A stretch of DNA of 61,289 bases, filler included. It is 4 parts of 4 records of this genome, joined end to end, with 100 filler letters (N's around TTAATTAATTAA, not from the genome) between each part and the next. Parts side by side here need not be neighbours in the genome. Positions count along the whole stretch, not along the records: positions 28,284 to 43,803 come from SRR20825010_331; 3 more parts are not named here. One strand, 5' to 3'. Shown piece by piece: positions 30,274 through 38,622 of this stretch (positions are counted from its first letter, which is position 1; every line of letters begins with the position of its first letter). The position numbers and the translations under genes are program-made. Under the pieces are notes generated by a model that made no database searches, had not been told where the DNA came from, and saw only the letters and a list, made by a program, of their open reading frames with translations.

Positions 30274-31050
30274 TTACTTACCTTTCGGCGCCTGGATCGG
30301 AAGAACGACGAGGTCATAAGGAACCTGGCGGCGTGCCATCCGGATCATTTGTTTCACCGGGGTAGCAAATTCCGCATCAAGCTGTTTCCAGCTGCCGGTT
30401 GTCTTGTCCCAAGCTGCGCTCTCTTTGCCGTCTTTGGTTTGATAGTAGAAACCAACACGACCAATACGCGCGAAGTTAACGCTGCGGCCGTCGTCAAGAA
30501 CGGCTTCATAGGCGTTAACAGTACGACCGTACTGTGTCTCAGCTTTGTAAGCCTCAAGCACAACACGGAAGCGTTCTGGGTCGCTTACGTTAGGATCGTC
30601 CATTGCATCACGTAGAGAATCGATGCGAGCGAGACGCTCCTCTTTTTGGAAAGGCACGTCTGCGTTGACGAACTCTTCGAGGTTCGAGATCATATCAAGC
30701 ATCAACGGTGTGATCTGACGTTTAATTTCGTCGATCTGACCGATTGAGTTCTTGATCTTCTCGATCTCTTCTATCTGTTTGGTGATCACGCGGCGCTGTT
30801 GGGCATTGTATGCCTCCAGGCCCGCGTTGGTTTTAAGCACCGTTCTATATTCACCAAAAAGTTTGGAAGTGGCATCAGCAGTTTTATCAATGCTTTGCTG
30901 AGATTCCTGTGCGATTTGATTGGCCTGGTTGACCTCTTCTACGATCGACTTCAGGCGTGCATCTTGTGCGTTGGCAAGAGTTGCGCCGAGAAGGACCGAG
31001 GCAACCGCAGCCGTCGAGACAGCTATCCGTTTCACTTTAGCCTTATCCAT
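30274..31050 (-). CDS. DUF3450 family periplasmic protein (TtpB-like)
   Basis: Signal peptide, coiled coil, DVPFQKEERLARI, ERFRVVLEAY, RIGRVG; first gene of the ExbB-ExbB-ExbD operon. Confidence 0.88.
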   Translation of the reverse strand: MDKAKVKRIAVSTAAVASVLLGATLANAQDARLKSIVEEVNQANQIAQESQQSIDKTADATSKLFGEYRTVLKTNAGLEAYNAQQRRVITKQIEEIEKIKNSIGQIDEIKRQITPLMLDMISNLEEFVNADVPFQKEERLARIDSLRDAMDDPNVSDPERFRVVLEAYKAETQYGRTVNAYEAVLDDGRSVNFARIGRVGFYYQTKDGKESAAWDKTTGSWKQLDAEFATPVKQMIRMARRQVPYDLVVLPIQAPKGK

Positions 31051-31562
31051 TTTCTGCCCACATGGGTTTTAACAAAGCCGCAAAAAACTCTCCGGAGAGA
31101 AAATCCTGCAGCGGATTAAACCTTGCAAAGATGATGTGCCTTTGGATGGTTTATCCGCAGGCCTCAAAATCTTTACCCTATAAAATTGGGAGCAAGCCAA
31201 CATACGACAGAACCCGAAACGAAATCGTTCGGTCTGACCAAATGTTGTTTCAAAAGGCTTTCCCGTACCTCTCCCAATTGTGCCGACCACCTCACGGATT
31301 AATTCCGCGTTATCTCTTTTGTATCTCGCCATCACTTGTCCCTCCTCGGGGAGGTGGGAGGACGATTTTTTATCATTGGTTCCGTGATTGGTGCACTTTC
31401 GTACCTCGACCCCAGAATGAGATGAGCGGTCCGGCTCGGTGCCTATCATCCAAGAATCTTCTGTGATTCCAAGCAAAAATTTCACTTTTCGTCTTTGAAG
31501 GGGGGTCAACATATAATTTTACTGCTTTCGGTATGGGAAATGATGACAGTTTTGTATATGTG

Positions 31563-31591
31563 ATAATATAACTTTTACTGAAAAAAGTCAA
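31563..31591 (-). promoter_or_regulatory. Sigma70-type promoter of the TonB2-type operon
   Basis: TTGACT-17 nt-TATTAT on the minus strand, overlapped by the inverted repeat ACTTTT-N6-AAAAGT. Confidence 0.65.
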
Positions 31592-31691
31592 ACGTTTAGA
31601 AGTGCATCGCCAGCAAGGGTTGTGAATTACATCCAGCAGAATGTAAAAGTTTCGAAATAAACCTTAGTTTAGATTCGATTGGGCGAGTGCG

Positions 31692-31892
31692 TTATTTTTT
31701 TCGCTGCATTTCCCGAAGTGCCGCTACGACACCGTGCCACTGATTCTCGTTACTGATTTGTAACGCATGCTCCAGACCCATGTGGCCTGAAAGACGACGA
31801 GCGAGTGCACGACAGTCTTCGGAAATATTGCTATCTTCGAAATCCGCCGTTGGCACTGCGGCTGAACTTGCTGACATCGGACTCATACTCAT
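31692..31892 (-). CDS. Small hypothetical protein
   Basis: GAGG RBS near ATGs at 31892/31886; helical C-terminus ALARRLSGHMGLEHALQISNENQWHGVVAAL. Confidence 0.6.
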   Translation of the reverse strand: MSMSPMSASSAAVPTADFEDSNISEDCRALARRLSGHMGLEHALQISNENQWHGVVAALREMQRKK

Positions 31893-32054
31893 ACACCTCA
31901 ACGTTACCTAGCGAGCTGCCATGAGATCCTGTGAATTCCCCATGAACAGGTGATTCATGACTGCAAATATCCTAGCTCGCAGTTCTAAAGAACGAGTTAA
32001 TGCTTGGCTAAAAGTGAGGCGTTATTTGGGCGGGCCCTGGGGCCTATTTTTGGC

Positions 32055-32927
32055 CTACTGCGGCACAATACTGGTTGATATGACCTGAACGTGTAGCGAC
32101 TCGAGGCCTTCGATTTCAATTTCAACTGTGTCACCGCTCTTCAGAAATTCGGGTGGGGTACGTCCGGCACCCACACCTGCGGGTGTGCCGGTGAGGATAA
32201 TGTCGCCGGGCTGAAGCGCTGTCATGGCGCTGATGGTGGCGATGGCGGTCTCAATATCAAAGATCATGTCGGCGGTATTGCCGCTTTGCTTCTCATGCCC
32301 GTTCACGCGCGTGATGAGGCTGAGGTGAAGCGGTGTGGGCAACTGCTCAAGCGGTGTAATCGTCGGACCAATAGCGCCGGAGCGGTCGAAGTTCTTGCCC
32401 AGCGTGAATTGGCTGGTGCGTTTTTGCAAGCGTCGAAGCGACCCATCGTTCGCGGTTGTGACGCCGAAAACGTGTAACCCAGCATCTCCGTGCGTGATGG
32501 CGCGCCCGGCTTTCCCGATAACCACAGCTAGCTCGCCTTCATAATCGAAGGTCGATTCGCTTTCCGGAAACTCGATTGTCCCGCCATGGCCAACAAAGCT
32601 TTGCGGAAAGCGTACAAAGATATCGGGTGCGGCTGGCCCACCTGGCGTTGTCATGCCCATCTCACGCGCGTGGTCGGCATAATTTTTACCAACACAGAAA
32701 ATGCGACTTGTACGGTCGATTGGTGGCAGGAAAGAGGTTTGGCCGAGCGGTTGCCATGTGGTCGAGGCCTTAGCGCCTTGTTCAAGCTTGGCCCATTCAT
32801 ATTCGGCAATCAGGGTGCCTATATCCTGAGGAGCGTCAGGCAGAATGTGGGAGACGGGCAGGAAGTTGGTGCCTTCTACCAGCGCGAGAACCTGGGCATC
32901 ATTAAACAGCAAACGGGCTAAACGCAT
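32055..32927 (-). CDS. Fumarylacetoacetate hydrolase family protein
   Basis: CVGKNYADHAREM, DYEGELAVVIG, GKNFD, GDIILTGTPAGVG. Confidence 0.94.
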   Translation of the reverse strand: MRLARLLFNDAQVLALVEGTNFLPVSHILPDAPQDIGTLIAEYEWAKLEQGAKASTTWQPLGQTSFLPPIDRTSRIFCVGKNYADHAREMGMTTPGGPAAPDIFVRFPQSFVGHGGTIEFPESESTFDYEGELAVVIGKAGRAITHGDAGLHVFGVTTANDGSLRRLQKRTSQFTLGKNFDRSGAIGPTITPLEQLPTPLHLSLITRVNGHEKQSGNTADMIFDIETAIATISAMTALQPGDIILTGTPAGVGAGRTPPEFLKSGDTVEIEIEGLESLHVQVISTSIVPQ

Positions 32928-32936
32928 CGGGGTCTC

Positions 32937-34781
32937 CTACATCTCTACCAGGGCGAGCGTGACCTCACGCAGCCCTCTTACACTGTTGCCGATATATATC
33001 GTGTCGGCGGACAAAAGCATCGCCTTTGAAATGGGGCGCACGTTAACAGCCGGGTCTTCACCATCCAGAAGGCTGGTGCGCAATACGCCAGGTAACACGC
33101 CCGCCTCAAGGGGCGGGGTGTACCAGCGACCATCACAAACAATAAAGACCGTGCTGATCGCGCCCTCGGTCAACTCGTTATGCTCGTTGAAGAACAGAAT
33201 ATCCGCATATTCGGCTTTGAATGCACGAGCATAGGCACCATCGTAAATCTTGCGGTTGGTGGTTTTATGCGCGAGGAACGGGTCGCCTGAGGCGACACGT
33301 TCTTTGGCTAAACAAACGGTTAGCGGCTTGGCGGGCGAGGCTGGCAGCAGTGTACTGGTAATGGAAACCGAACCACGGGGCCCGGAAAGCACCCTGACCC
33401 TGCGGGGTAGGTCTTTATCTTCAAAAGCGGCGGCGTGGTCTTCCAGTGCGTCCCTGAGGCCTGCCTCATCCACATTGAAGTTGAAATAGGCAGCACTGGC
33501 CTTGAGCCTGCCTAGGTGCGCAGCCAGCATATGGTACTCACCACTCTGGTCCAGCCTCATGGTCTCGATCAGGGAAAAGTCTTCAGCCTGTTGCTGCGCG
33601 AACCGGGCTTTAAGCAGGCACTCATCATATTCATTTTCTGTATTGCTATCGGCAACAACACCGCTGCCCACACTCATCCGGCCTTTGCCGTTTTCATCCA
33701 GCACAACGGTGCGAATTGGGACGTTCAGGCACCAGTGGGCACTTTGGGTCTGGATTTTGGGGCTGAAATGCCCAATAGCGCCACAGTAAATGCCGCGAGG
33801 TGATTTCTCTAACTCACCAATAATCTCGAGCGCACGCACTTTTGGTGCACCGGTGACGGACCCGCAGGGAAACAAAGCTGCCAGTAGCTGGGATGGCGTC
33901 AAACCTTCCGGCACGGCCGCTGTTACCGTTGAGGTCATCTGATGCAGGGTCGGGTACCGCTCGACCTCAAAAAGCGCAGGTACGGTAACGCTTGCGGGCA
34001 GGGCGATGCGGCTGAGGTCGTTCCTGATCAGATCAACGATCATCAGGTTCTCGGCGCGGGACTTGGCGTCTGTCTGCAGGAAGTTGGCCTGTGCGGCGTC
34101 TTCCTCATTGTTGCGGCCCCTGGGGGCTGTGCCCTTCATGGGGCGAGATGTCAGTGCGTTGCCGCTGCGTTCCACAAACAACTCAGGCGAAAGCGACAGA
34201 ACCCGCCACGCACCGGTGTTTATCAGGGCACCAAACGGCACGGGCTGATTGTGCCTCAGGTCTTCATAAAGTGCTAAAAAGTCACCGTCGAGGTCGGCGG
34301 GTAGCTGAAAGGTGTGGTTGATCTGGTATACATCGCCCGCTTCAATATAAGCGTGGATACGAGCCAGTGCTTCCGCATAGCTTTTTTTGGTCTCCCCGCT
34401 TTCACCGAAGTTCAGGTTCGATGGGCGGCCATTTCCTCGCCGTGCCCGGAAAAACATGTCCGTCAGTTCATGGGCGGCAAGTTCCAGCCTATGCTCGGTT
34501 GCCATCATCCATATAAGCGGTTCAGGCGCTTTGTTTTTGATGACAGCGCTCAAGCGTGGCTCAAAATGCGCGGCACATTCATAGGATATCCAGCCGGCGA
34601 CATGAAGGCCTTGTTGCTGCAAAGCGTCAATGCTTTCAAGTGCTGGGCCAACTTCGTCAAAGCTGTGTGCGGTGACAATTTCTTGTGGGCTATGAAACAG
34701 AAGGGAGTGCCCCGCAAGATGCGGAGGTCTGCTATCGTCGAGCAGAACAAAAGGCTCCTGTCTCAGATGGGCTGCCGTCAC
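32937..34781 (-). CDS. pabB: Aminodeoxychorismate synthase component I fused to ADC lyase (class IV aminotransferase)
   Basis: GDVYQIN, SPELF, PMKGT, AENLMIVDLIRND, FPCGSVTGAPK; C-terminal IETMR, HKTTNR, LTEGAIS, GVLPGVLR, NSVRG. Confidence 0.93.
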   Translation of the reverse strand: MTAAHLRQEPFVLLDDSRPPHLAGHSLLFHSPQEIVTAHSFDEVGPALESIDALQQQGLHVAGWISYECAAHFEPRLSAVIKNKAPEPLIWMMATEHRLELAAHELTDMFFRARRGNGRPSNLNFGESGETKKSYAEALARIHAYIEAGDVYQINHTFQLPADLDGDFLALYEDLRHNQPVPFGALINTGAWRVLSLSPELFVERSGNALTSRPMKGTAPRGRNNEEDAAQANFLQTDAKSRAENLMIVDLIRNDLSRIALPASVTVPALFEVERYPTLHQMTSTVTAAVPEGLTPSQLLAALFPCGSVTGAPKVRALEIIGELEKSPRGIYCGAIGHFSPKIQTQSAHWCLNVPIRTVVLDENGKGRMSVGSGVVADSNTENEYDECLLKARFAQQQAEDFSLIETMRLDQSGEYHMLAAHLGRLKASAAYFNFNVDEAGLRDALEDHAAAFEDKDLPRRVRVLSGPRGSVSITSTLLPASPAKPLTVCLAKERVASGDPFLAHKTTNRKIYDGAYARAFKAEYADILFFNEHNELTEGAISTVFIVCDGRWYTPPLEAGVLPGVLRTSLLDGEDPAVNVRPISKAMLLSADTIYIGNSVRGLREVTLALVEM

Positions 34782-35040
34782 GTAAAAATGCCTCAGTAGA
34801 AAACACCTGTGGCTCCAAGAGCCTCGCGGGCACCTTATGTGCCGACGGAGCGCTCACGTCAACACGCAGCGCACCCTCATAGCGGAAACTTGAAGCAGAT
34901 GGTGACGCCGCGCTCACCGACCTGACGTCCGCGTTGCAGGAAAAATAGCTACGGGTAGGGCGGCGATAGCAGATTGAAGCAATCATCCAGATGCTGCACA
35001 ATGCATGCCCGTCAGTTAACTGCAGGCAAAAGGTTGTGAC

Positions 35041-35682
35041 ATGCCGTCATTTGAGCATCTGATACCATTTTTTATCGCCACGGCTATCTTCGCGTTTGTG
35101 CCGGGCCCTGCGATTTTATATACGGCCGCACAAACACTGGCGCGAGGTAAACGGGCTGGCTTTATGGCCGCACTTGGCATCCACTTCGGGTGCTATGTGC
35201 ATGTGATTGCAGCAGCCCTTGGGCTGTCCGCCATATTCATTCACGTACCAGCGGCCTATATGGTGGTGAAAATAGTGGGTGCTGTTTACCTCGTTTGGCT
35301 TGGCATCAGCTTGATAAGGCAAAAAGTGGCCAGCGAGATGCCTGTAGGGGCCGGGGCATCCGGTGCACCTAAAACAGCCCGTCGCGCGTTTATTGAAAGC
35401 ATGTGGGTAGAAATCCTCAACCCCAAGGTCGCGATCTTTTTCATCGCCTTCCTGCCGCAGTTTGTTGATGCGGCGGCGGGGTTGCCCGTGTGGGCGCAGT
35501 TCCTTGTGCTAGGGGCTTTTGTGAATATCTCATTCAGCACAGCGGACGTGGTGGTGATCATGGCGGCAGACAAGGTCGCGCGGAAAATGAAGTCGTCTGG
35601 TGCAGGGCCAAAGATTGTGCAGGCGCTTTCAGGTGTCACGCTTATTGGCCTTGGTGCACGGCTCGCGCTTTCCGACAAATAG
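35041..35682 (+). CDS. LysE/RhtB family exporter
   Basis: VPGPA, KIVGAVYLVWLG, LNPKVAIFFIAFLPQFV. Confidence 0.93.
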   Translation: MPSFEHLIPFFIATAIFAFVPGPAILYTAAQTLARGKRAGFMAALGIHFGCYVHVIAAALGLSAIFIHVPAAYMVVKIVGAVYLVWLGISLIRQKVASEMPVGAGASGAPKTARRAFIESMWVEILNPKVAIFFIAFLPQFVDAAAGLPVWAQFLVLGAFVNISFSTADVVVIMAADKVARKMKSSGAGPKIVQALSGVTLIGLGARLALSDK

Positions 35683-35735
35683 GCTTATTCGCTACCCGCC
35701 AGAATTTCGTCAAGAAGTACAGCCATGCTTGGTGC

Positions 35736-36236
35736 ATGGAAAACATTTTAGCTGAACTTAGTCTGAGCATCGTCTCTGGTCGTGAACTGCTGTTGCGCGT
35801 CGGGCTGGCCATGCTTTTTAGCGCGGTGATCGGCCTTGACCGGGACCGCAAGAGGAAGCCCATGGACTTCCGGGCCTTCATGATCATTGCCGCCAGCAGC
35901 TGCGTTCTGGCTATCATGGGGCAGGAGCTTTATGCGGACTATGCCCATGTGGGTGAGCCGGTGCTGGTTGACTTATCCAAAATCATCTCAGGTGTGATGA
36001 CGGGGATCGGCTTTTTGGGTGCTGGTGCAATCCTTAAGCGGGGGGACAATGTGGTGGGTACCGCCACGGGTGCCAGCATATGGGCGTCCGGCGCGATTGG
36101 CTTGTCGCTCGGTTTCGGGTTTTACCTGCTCGCGGTCATGGCTTTCATCGCAGTGTCGCTGACGCTGATCATTGGCGGGTTTTCCATGCAGCATGTGAGA
36201 GGTGAAAGTGACGAGGAACGCGGCAAAACGTCTTGA
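35736..36236 (+). CDS. MgtC/SapB family membrane protein
   Basis: IGLDR, GVMTGIGFLGAGAI, TGASIWASGAIG; start at ATG 35736. Confidence 0.9.
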   Translation: MENILAELSLSIVSGRELLLRVGLAMLFSAVIGLDRDRKRKPMDFRAFMIIAASSCVLAIMGQELYADYAHVGEPVLVDLSKIISGVMTGIGFLGAGAILKRGDNVVGTATGASIWASGAIGLSLGFGFYLLAVMAFIAVSLTLIIGGFSMQHVRGESDEERGKTS

Positions 36237-36286
36237 TGCCGGGATGATGGAGGCGCCGTAACGGTCACCGCGCCTCCGGCGCATGA

Positions 36287-36676
36287 TTATAGCAGATTGT
36301 AGCCGTCAAGCAGACCAATGATCGATGCCGCAAGAATAGAAAGCCAGGACAGGATAGTGCCCCAGAAGCGGAACGGATTAGCCCCTTCAAAGCGCCCAAA
36401 GGTCAGCCCATGCATGAAGCGGCCAACCACAAAGGCGGCAGCCAGCACCAGAAGAAGCACGGGGTTTGCCTCGCGAAACTCCAGAAGGCCCAGCAGGATG
36501 AGAAAGAAAGGTGCAAATTCTGTCAGGTTGCCATGGGCGCGGATGGCGTTGGCTAGCATTTCATCGCCACCGTCACCAATTGAGACCTTGGCACGTTGCC
36601 GGTTTTTTGAAACCCTGACAGAAAGATGAATGAGCAGCAGGCCTAAAAGGCTTGCAGAGATAAGGGTGATCGTCAT
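36287..36676 (-). CDS. MAPEG family membrane protein (YecN-like)
   Basis: IGDGGD, AIRAHGNLTEFAP, GRFMH; GGAGG RBS before ATG 36676. Confidence 0.9.
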   Translation of the reverse strand: MTITLISASLLGLLLIHLSVRVSKNRQRAKVSIGDGGDEMLANAIRAHGNLTEFAPFFLILLGLLEFREANPVLLLVLAAAFVVGRFMHGLTFGRFEGANPFRFWGTILSWLSILAASIIGLLDGYNLL

Positions 36677-36764
36677 ATGCCCTCCCCAGACATTGTCCGC
36701 TGCATTCATTTGCAGCAGACTGTAAAACTGGGGCTGGTGCCAACGTTGGTCAAGGGGAATAGCA

Positions 36765-37346
36765 GTGAAAGACCGCTTTAGAGATTGGAACCTGTATCAC
36801 AAATCGGTGGTGGCTGCGCTGGCGGCCTTTGCGGTGAGTGTGATCTTCCGCCTGATTATCGTGATTGATGCGGGTTTTGAAATCTCTGAAGAAGCCGTGC
36901 TGCCTTATAGCGCTGAAGCCATCTGGCCCTGGGCCACAAGTGATGAGAACCGGGAACGCTGGCAGGCTGAGCTGATTGACCTGCAACGCTTGAAAGGTGA
37001 GGCGACCGAGACGGACGCAACCCGGCTTGTTTTCTGGCGGAAGCGCGGCAAACGGTGGCATGCCATGGAACAAACCAGCGAGGTTTTGCCGGGCCGGGTG
37101 TTTGCGACCATTCAGGAATCAGACAATGACCAGCGCTGGTTCCGTATTGAGCTGAAACCAGAAGGTGAATGTTCAACGCGTGTGTTGATAACCGAAGTTA
37201 TCCGGCCCAAGGCCTATAATGCACGGTTCTGGTTTTTCAGGGAAAAGGACGACCACGCAGAGAAGTGGGAAACCTCATTGGAGGCGCTGGATCGCTGGTT
37301 GGAAAAGAGAGCCCCTGCATGTGTGGCAGATGCCCCTCAAGGGTAA
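36765..37346 (+). CDS. SRPBCC (START-like) protein with N-terminal membrane anchor
   Basis: SAEAIWPWATSDENRERWQ motif and C-terminal helix WETSLEALDRWLE. Confidence 0.75.
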   Translation: MKDRFRDWNLYHKSVVAALAAFAVSVIFRLIIVIDAGFEISEEAVLPYSAEAIWPWATSDENRERWQAELIDLQRLKGEATETDATRLVFWRKRGKRWHAMEQTSEVLPGRVFATIQESDNDQRWFRIELKPEGECSTRVLITEVIRPKAYNARFWFFREKDDHAEKWETSLEALDRWLEKRAPACVADAPQG

Positions 37347-37367
37347 CGAGGTGGTCTTTGCGCGGCC

Positions 37368-37547
37368 TTAAGCGTTGGCAACCTCAAAATCGGTAAATTC
37401 CCACTCGTCGATATTTTCCATCTCGGCCAGAAACAGGTTTTCAGCTGCGACCACAGCTTCTTCTTCTGTGCCTGCATTCACCTCGGTAACCCAGTAAAAA
37501 GTGCCATGGGGCAGGTTCGCTTGCAGGGTGACTCTCTGACGGGCCAT
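37368..37547 (-). CDS. Small acidic protein, 59 aa (absent from ORF track)
   Basis: AAGGA RBS; MARQRVTLQANLPHGTFYWVTEVNAGTEEEAVVAAENLFLAEMENIDEWEFTDFEVANA; fills the intergenic gap. Confidence 0.8.
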   Translation of the reverse strand: MARQRVTLQANLPHGTFYWVTEVNAGTEEEAVVAAENLFLAEMENIDEWEFTDFEVANA

Positions 37548-37643
37548 TGATGTGTCCTTTGTAAGTGCAAGATGGGGCGCCGGAGCGCCGTACTTTTGCC
37601 CGGTCTAGCATGAAGTGTGACGGCCTGCAATCAGTGTTGGCGC

Positions 37644-38597
37644 TTACTCGGGCGTGATGGTTTCCCGGCGGCGAAAGGCCGCGTTCAACTCGTAATAATA
37701 GGCCATGGGGTGGCGCTTTACCGCCTGAAAGACTTTTCTGGCGCTTTGCACAAAAGACCGACGGCTCGTAAACACACGTTTGGCAGACTTGCCTTCCGGC
37801 AGGGCTTCCAGAAGCTCAAAATACTGTGCCTTTTCTTCCGCATCAAACAGGATTTCCGCGGTCGCCAGTTTGTTGAAATGGAAGTATTGCACCTTGTCTT
37901 TCCACGGCGCGCCGCGTCCGTCCCGGTAGATATGGCCGATTTCCACATCCCTGATCAGTTGGCAGTTGCCGCCCGAAAGCCAGGTTTTGATACTGATCAG
38001 CGCTTCTTCCCCGCCATACCTGTGAAGGCCCCTGTAGCCACCGATGCTGAGGAAAAAATCGCGGCTGACAGCATAGTTGCCGCCCAGCACGCAAGGCACA
38101 TAGGCCGGGCCGTCACCTTCGATGGGGTAGATGTTCCAGTCCGGTTTCAGCGCCGCATTAAAATTATCCGCGCCGAAGATCATGCTGGCCCCGTGCCCAA
38201 CGGGTGCGCCAGAGGCTTCGCCCCCGGTTTTCAGGGGCCTGCTTTTGGTGCAAAAGAGCGTGGCGGGATGCTCAAAGATCATCTCATTGACGACAGTATG
38301 CCAACCTTGTTCATAAAACCGCATATGAGCATCAAGGAAGATGACATTGTCCGTTTTGGCCCAGCTTGCACCCTTGTGGCGGCTATGGGCCGGGCCGATC
38401 TGGCTTTCGTTCAGAAGATACCGGCAGCCGTACCTGTCTGCGACGCTTTCATAATCGAGTCCGTCATCCGAGGCGTCATTGATCAGCAGGATATCTATAT
38501 CATCGCCGCAGGTTTCACGAAGGCCGCGCACCGTCGTTTCAACTTCCTCGCCTTCATTGGCAAAACAGATGACAGCGGTAAGGGAGGGAAGTGACAT
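37644..38597 (-). CDS. GT-A glycosyltransferase (GT2/GT27-like)
   Basis: VICFANE, INDASDD, FLDAH, YGGEEALISIKTWLSGG, IGHIYR. Confidence 0.9.
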   Translation of the reverse strand: MSLPSLTAVICFANEGEEVETTVRGLRETCGDDIDILLINDASDDGLDYESVADRYGCRYLLNESQIGPAHSRHKGASWAKTDNVIFLDAHMRFYEQGWHTVVNEMIFEHPATLFCTKSRPLKTGGEASGAPVGHGASMIFGADNFNAALKPDWNIYPIEGDGPAYVPCVLGGNYAVSRDFFLSIGGYRGLHRYGGEEALISIKTWLSGGNCQLIRDVEIGHIYRDGRGAPWKDKVQYFHFNKLATAEILFDAEEKAQYFELLEALPEGKSAKRVFTSRRSFVQSARKVFQAVKRHPMAYYYELNAAFRRRETITPE

Positions 38598-38622
38598 ATA
38601 ACCTGCTTGATAATAGCGCCCG

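Noticed and set aside
34732..35001. 89-aa ORF upstream of pabB
   Set aside because: No RBS, overlaps pabB out of frame, no recognisable features.
37617..38594. 325-aa ORF antisense to the glycosyltransferase
   Set aside because: Codon-bias shadow; the opposite strand carries all the motifs.
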